Of a stretch of DNA of 64,000 nucleotides, positions 63,499-64,000 are shown in pieces; position 1 is the stretch's first letter, and each line of letters opens with the position of its first letter. A program made the translations under genes and the position numbers. A model generated the notes under the pieces. It did no database searches. It saw nothing but the letters and a program-made list of their open reading frames with translations, and had not been told where the DNA came from. The DNA comes from Octopus sinensis (lineage: Eukaryota): contig NW_021835996.1 in NCBI RefSeq assembly GCF_006345805.1, positions 186,001 through 250,000 of the forward strand. The letters run 5' to 3'.

Positions 63499-64000
63499 AT
63501 AGCCCTGCCACAAGACGTAAATGACATGTTGACATCTCGCTCAGGTCGGCCACACTTTTTTGTAAAGATTTCGGAATACTACAAACCCTTCAAGCACTAC
63601 ATGACCCGTTGTCGCCCTGTGTTCGTATTAAACTCGCTAATTTGTATTTAAACCATCAATTCACTAGTTTAACAATCGTTAATATGCCATGAAATACGTA
63701 CAAGGCTATTCTGTTCTATAATCTGAAAAAATCTTTGGGAAAATAATGTTATAGAAATATAAGTAACAATTTAATCAGAAATTAATAATTATCTCAATGT
63801 ATCAGGTCGCATAAACATTATTTCGAATTGAAATAATGCGTGATTACCTGAAGTTATATTTTTGCTGAAAATACGATCAAATAATAAAAAAATATCAGCA
63901 TAAAATATTTAAAATGAAATGTAAACTTCCATAATGGAGTTATTCTAATATGGCCTTGCAACGGGGCTGTGAGTATACTGACAGCACAGATCAAGGCAAC

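Larger units (their letters stand above)
44966..64000 (+). repeat. Segmental duplication, copy B, with extra insertions and deletions
   Basis: Seen: colinear with 17426-32822. Confidence 0.97.

Overview
AT-rich eukaryotic genomic DNA with no rRNA, tRNA gene or CRISPR array. Host genes are split by very short GT-AG introns (about 17-34 nt, mostly 21-29). Recognisable host genes are an atypical Rab32/38-like GTPase with a long acidic N-terminus, NUDT14, MRPL19, MRPS22, a degenerate GMPR-like remnant, MCTS1, a DUF4587-like gene, mucolipin (TRPML) and RPL10A. This set points to an animal that still translates in its mitochondria. A reduced parasite such as a myxozoan cnidarian is plausible, but that is inference and the sequence alone cannot settle it. 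More than half of the window is transposon-derived: Tc1, several hAT families, pogo/Tigger, Ginger, I/Jockey-group and RTE-like LINEs, CRE-type and R2/R4-type RLE retrotransposons, and a tRNA-derived SINE. About 17.4-32.8 kb recurs at 45.0-64.0 kb, either as a tandem segmental duplication or as two haplotypes assembled in tandem. The two copies give filled versus empty insertion sites. The most interesting signals are: (1) transposases from several superfamilies carry host-style micro-introns, including an apparently intact hAT whose third intron would act as an on/off switch; (2) a 95-bp tandem array with spliced-leader-RNA-like architecture (speculative); (3) a 30-nt retroelement 3' end found twice with different tails; (4) a 2A/StopGo motif in front of a LINE endonuclease; (5) two hATs stacked on one CTCTAGAG site, plus a palindromic excision-like footprint. 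All protein assignments come from remembered family motifs and manual translation, not from database searches. Exon boundaries are manual predictions.
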